Source: a virus (lineage: Duplodnaviria; Caudoviricetes). From it: a DNA stretch of 41,891 nucleotides. The DNA is taken from positions 1 through 41,891 of IMG/VR virus record IMGVR_UViG_3300048850_000152; one strand, given 5' to 3'. This document shows, piece by piece, positions 36,227-41,891 of this stretch. Made by a program: the position numbers and the translations under genes. The first letter of the stretch is position 1; every line of letters begins with the position of its first letter. The notes under the pieces were generated by a model. The model did no database searches. It was not told the DNA's origin and saw only the letters and a program-made list of their open reading frames with translations.

Positions 36227-36646
36227 ATGATGCACAGCCCGATCCTGCCCGCACCCGCCACGCCGCCCGCCGAAGCGCCCCGCCTGCGCCCCGCCGCCTA
36301 TCTGCGGCTGCGGCGCGAGGCTGCCGGCCTGTCGGTGGAGGATGTCGCGACCATGCTCGCGCCGGCCTTCGCCGATCGCGCCGCCGCCCGCGCCTTCGTC
36401 CGCTTGCTTGAGGTCGACCTGGTGGTCGCGCGCAAGGCGCGGCCGATCGAGCGGCTCGCCACCTGCTACCCGCTCGATCCCGCCGTCTACTACCAGCTGG
36501 CTGGCCCCACGCCGCACCCGCGCGTCTGCCAGAACTGCGGCTGCAGCCAGTGGGACGCGTGCCACCACGAACAGTACGGCCCGTGCAGTTGGGCGACGCC
36601 CACCCGCTGCAGCCAGTGCGCCGCCGCCCGGGGACAGGGCGCATGA
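36227..36646 (+). CDS. HTH + Cys-cluster protein
   Basis: YLRLRREAAGLSVEDVA; RVCQNCGCSQWDAC...CSW....CSQC. Confidence 0.75.
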   Translation: MMHSPILPAPATPPAEAPRLRPAAYLRLRREAAGLSVEDVATMLAPAFADRAAARAFVRLLEVDLVVARKARPIERLATCYPLDPAVYYQLAGPTPHPRVCQNCGCSQWDACHHEQYGPCSWATPTRCSQCAAARGQGA

Positions 36647-36771
36647 TCGTCGCCGCACAGCCCCGCCGCTGGCGCCGAGCCCGCGTGATCGCCGTGGTCG
36701 CCGGCGCGCTGCTGATCTCACCCTTCCTGCTCGCCGCGATCTTCGCGCGCGCCTTCGCTGAGCGACGCTGA
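36643..36771 (+). CDS. Small single-TM protein (42 aa)
   Basis: ATGA overlap with the previous gene; basic N-terminus plus TM segment. Confidence 0.5.
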   Translation: MIVAAQPRRWRRARVIAVVAGALLISPFLLAAIFARAFAERR

Positions 36772-36772
36772 C

Positions 36773-36958
36773 ATGCCCGCCATCCACACCCTCGCCTGCC
36801 GCTGCGACCGCTGCACGCCTGCCGCGCTCTCCCGGCCCATGTCCGACCGGCGCAAGATCGCGCTCGTCCTCGCCAGCCTCGCTGTCGGCGAAGCCTTCAC
36901 CTTCGTGCTGGACCGCCTGACCGACGGTCCCGGCCTCCTCGTCCCGTTCGGCCTCTAG
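36773..36958 (+). CDS. Small phage protein (61 aa, CxCxxC)
   Basis: Tightly packed in the early operon; HTLACRCDRC. Confidence 0.55.
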   Translation: MPAIHTLACRCDRCTPAALSRPMSDRRKIALVLASLAVGEAFTFVLDRLTDGPGLLVPFGL

Positions 36959-36966
36959 GAACCCTC

Positions 36967-37203
36967 ATGAGCGACAACATTTCGGCCGAGCAGCTCCGGC
37001 TGCTGATCGAACGCATCGAACGCCTCGAAGAGGAAAAGCAGGGCATCGCCGACGATGTCCGCGATACGTACGCCGAGGCGAAGAGCGCCGGCTTCGACGT
37101 GAAGACCATCCGCGCCGTCATCAAGCTGCGCCGCATGGAAAAGCACCACCGCGACGAAGCTGAGATGCTGCTCGACACCTACAAGCAAGCGCTCGGGATC
37201 TGA
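36967..37203 (+). CDS. gapR: GapR-like (DUF2312) nucleoid-associated protein
   Basis: QLRLLIERIERLEEEKQGIADDVRDTYAEAKSAGFDVKTIRAVIKLRRM...LLDTYKQALG. Confidence 0.9.
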   Translation: MSDNISAEQLRLLIERIERLEEEKQGIADDVRDTYAEAKSAGFDVKTIRAVIKLRRMEKHHRDEAEMLLDTYKQALGI

Positions 37204-37205
37204 CG

Positions 37206-37337
37206 GTGCCGAAGCCGCCGGCCACACCGCAACGCTGCACCTGCGGCGCCTGCCAGGCGCTCGATCGACAGCACCCCGCGGAAGGCTGGCAGCTGCGGCT
37301 CCTGCCCGATCGGGCTCCAACGAAGAAGAGAAGATGA
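37206..37337 (+). CDS. Small CxCxxC protein (43 aa)
   Basis: GTG start; MPKPPATPQRCTCGACQ...; ATGA overlap with the next gene (hand-translated). Confidence 0.4.
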   Translation: MPKPPATPQRCTCGACQALDRQHPAEGWQLRLLPDRAPTKKRR

Positions 37338-37672
37338 CCGCACCCTCCATCGTCCGCCTCGACCAACGGCTCAGCCGGGCGGCCGAGATCGGCAAGGGCA
37401 TCCGCCTGGAACCGGCCGACCTCGACCTGCTCGCCAGCCTCGGCCTTTTCGACCTCACCCACCAAGCCAAATCCGAATATCTCAAGGAACAGACGAAATG
37501 CCGGGACGCCCGCCGCCGCTCTATCGCCGCGGAAAATACTGGGTCGACAAGCTCCGGCGTGCAGACGGTTCTGAACGGTCGCCCCGCTGGTATGTCTTCT
37601 GGTACGATCCCGAGGCGCGACGCGAGGCAAGCGCATCAACGGGCACTGATGACGCCGAACAAGCGATCATAG
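37334..37672 (+). CDS. Hypothetical protein overlapping the int 5' end (excisionase position)
   Basis: ATG after a purine-rich tract; 175-nt overlap with int. Confidence 0.5.
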   Translation: MTAPSIVRLDQRLSRAAEIGKGIRLEPADLDLLASLGLFDLTHQAKSEYLKEQTKCRDARRRSIAAENTGSTSSGVQTVLNGRPAGMSSGTIPRRDARQAHQRALMTPNKRS

Positions 37673-38835
37673 CATGCGACCGGCGCTACCTCGCCGATCG
37701 CGAGGAAGCGCCCGCCTTCTGCTACGTCTGTGGCCAGCCCCTTGCCTCCGCCGCAGCCTACCTGCTGAGCGACGCCATCGCCGACTACCGGCTTGAGTGG
37801 GGCGATCTGCAGCCCTCTGCGGACACCATTCGCGCGCGCCTGAAGCACGTTCTGGACTTCCTCCAGGCAGAGGAAACCCGCGCCGGCATGTACGGGCTTG
37901 AGACCAGCTGCGCAGTGGCGTGTGGAACCCCATTCATCGCGGCGTTCCGCGCCTGGTCGAAAGACCAGCCCGTCGTGTGGCGAAACAAGAAAGGCGAAAT
38001 CACGACCTCGCGGGCGCGCTCCGCCGCAAGCACCGAGGAGTCGGTGCTGCAGCTGGCTGCTGTGCTCAACCACGCCGCCGACGCGGATCCACCGCGATCG
38101 GAGCGCCGACCGGTGTACAGACCACTTCCGCGCAAACAGGTGTCCCGTCCCCGCCGCCACCGAGTCGACGTGCCGGTGCTGGCGCGAATGGTCCGGTACG
38201 CAGCCGAGCCTGGCAAGAAGCGCACCTCGCTGCACGCCTTTCTGGTCGCGTCGATATGCACGCTCGCCCGCCCCGATGCTGTTGTCGATATCTGCGTTGC
38301 GCCTGAGCGGGAACAGTGGTTCCTGGGATCGCCGACACTGGACCTCAACCCGTTCGGCCGCGCGCAAACAAAGAAGTTCCGCCCGACCCTGCCGGTCCTA
38401 CCGATCCTGGCGGAGTGGCTCACGGCCGAGCTCGCCGCGTACGAGAAGCTGGATGGCGCGAATCGCAGGGGCGCGGGCTACCTGGTCAACTACTTCGGGC
38501 GACCCGTGCAGGACGTCGACACGTCTTGGCGCACGATGCTCGAGGAGCTCCGCCTGCCGACCGGCCGGGAGTGGAAGCCGTACATCCTGCGGCACAGCCT
38601 CGCAACGATCCTGCGCAACCGCGGCGTCGCGAAGTGGGATCTGGAAGGCTTCATGGGTCACGGCGCCGGAAGCACGACCGAGACCTACGCGATCGGCCGA
38701 TTCGAGACGGTCCGCGCGGCTCTAGAGGACATCATCGGTGAAATAGAAGCGGCCGCGCCTGGCGCGATGCGCAGAACCTGCGCCGAAGTCTCACTATCCG
38801 GCCCTTCAAAGGGAGACCTAAAAATGACCGGATAG
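37498..38835 (+). CDS. int: Tyrosine recombinase/integrase
   Basis: Catalytic R (TLARP), YILRH (Y in place of the first H of HxxR), MGH and Y (TTETY); abuts the tRNA 3' end. Confidence 0.9.
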   Translation: MPGRPPPLYRRGKYWVDKLRRADGSERSPRWYVFWYDPEARREASASTGTDDAEQAIIACDRRYLADREEAPAFCYVCGQPLASAAAYLLSDAIADYRLEWGDLQPSADTIRARLKHVLDFLQAEETRAGMYGLETSCAVACGTPFIAAFRAWSKDQPVVWRNKKGEITTSRARSAASTEESVLQLAAVLNHAADADPPRSERRPVYRPLPRKQVSRPRRHRVDVPVLARMVRYAAEPGKKRTSLHAFLVASICTLARPDAVVDICVAPEREQWFLGSPTLDLNPFGRAQTKKFRPTLPVLPILAEWLTAELAAYEKLDGANRRGAGYLVNYFGRPVQDVDTSWRTMLEELRLPTGREWKPYILRHSLATILRNRGVAKWDLEGFMGHGAGSTTETYAIGRFETVRAALEDIIGEIEAAAPGAMRRTCAEVSLSGPSKGDLKMTG

Positions 38836-38848
38836 CAATGACTTAACC

Positions 38849-38923
38849 TGGTGGGCGCGGCTGGGATTGAACCAGCGACCCCTGCGGTGTGAACACAGTG
38901 CTCTACCACTGAGCTACGCGCCC
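38849..38923 (-). tRNA. tRNA-Val(CAC), integration target
   Basis: GGGCGCGTAGCTCAGTGGTAGAGCACTGTGTTCACACCGCAGGGGTCGCTGGTTCAATCCCAGCCGCGCCCACCA; cloverleaf, anticodon CAC, encoded CCA. Confidence 0.97.
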
Positions 38924-39011
38924 ATGCGCCTTTCGGCGAAACGGGAAGCGGGCCTTTAGGCTGCGGAAAACGGCCTGTCCAGCCCCCTTGCCCAAAAACC
39001 CGCGAGATCGA

Positions 39012-39284
39012 TCAGTTGACCGAGTCCTTCAGGCCCTTGCCTGCCTTGAACTTGGGCTGCGACGAAGCCTTGATCGTCATCGGCTCGCCCGTGCGGGGGT
39101 TGCGGCCCGTCGAGGCCTTGCGCTTGCTGACCGAGAAGGTGCCAAAGCCCACCAGACGTACCTCGTCGCCCTTCTTGAGCGCGGCCGAGATCGACTCGAA
39201 CACCGCCTCAACCGCCTTGGTCGCATCACCGCGGCCCAGCCCCGACAGATCGGCGACCTGACCAATCAGCTCCTGCTTGTTCAT
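39012..39284 (-). CDS. hupB: DNA-binding protein HU
   Basis: MNKQELI...GFGTFSV..R....GRNPRTG...PKFKAGK.LKD; downstream of lon. Confidence 0.97.
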   Translation of the reverse strand: MNKQELIGQVADLSGLGRGDATKAVEAVFESISAALKKGDEVRLVGFGTFSVSKRKASTGRNPRTGEPMTIKASSQPKFKAGKGLKDSVN

Positions 39285-39494
39285 TCGTTCAAACCCCTTT
39301 TTGTCGTTGGGGAGCAGGGCGCGGCAGTGCCGGCCGAACCGCCCCCCCGGCAGCGGGCGCAGTTAATGCGCCTCTCCCCCGCACTGTCAAAGCAAATCGC
39401 CCCGCGTGGACGGCAGGATGCGGCATCCCGCCGCACCGCTACGGGAGCGGGCGGGGCATACCGCCGCCCCACCCGCTCCCGCGGACGTTCTCGA

Positions 39495-41891
<2,397 letters not shown>

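Larger units (their letters stand above)
1..38923. mobile_element. P2-like (Peduovirinae-type) prophage integrated at tRNA-Val; left boundary outside the window
   Basis: P2-type portal, terminase, scaffold, capsid, tail and baseplate genes; cos-like site at ~3070; cI/cro; Ogr; tyrosine integrase ending just before the tRNA 3' end. No second copy of the tRNA 3' end was seen by eye in the window. Confidence 0.93.

Overview
GC-rich alphaproteobacterial DNA (Sphingomonas-like by gene content; the host is an inference). About 39 kb is a P2-like prophage integrated at the 3' end of tRNA-Val(CAC), next to host hupB and lon; its other end lies outside the window. It has a P2-type cos (~3070), a P2-like head, lysis and tail gene set (frameshifts in the scaffold and tape-measure genes), three palindromic late-promoter boxes with an Ogr-like activator, a lambdoid cI/cro switch, a GapR homologue and a tyrosine integrase. 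Cargo includes a beta-helix protein behind a LexA-like box, a GAF-GGDEF-EAL protein, an SGNH tail protein, a RosmerTA-like pair and a DUF4258/MqsA-like toxin-antitoxin pair. The most striking feature is a 3.2 kb array between gpS and gpJ (15482-18725). Eight small unrelated genes are separated by about 15 same-orientation, ~32-bp 13-6-13 palindromic sites. These sites often contain the stop codon of one gene and a -35 element for the neighbouring, apparently leaderless, gene. It looks like a non-integron gene-cassette array with no adjacent recombinase.
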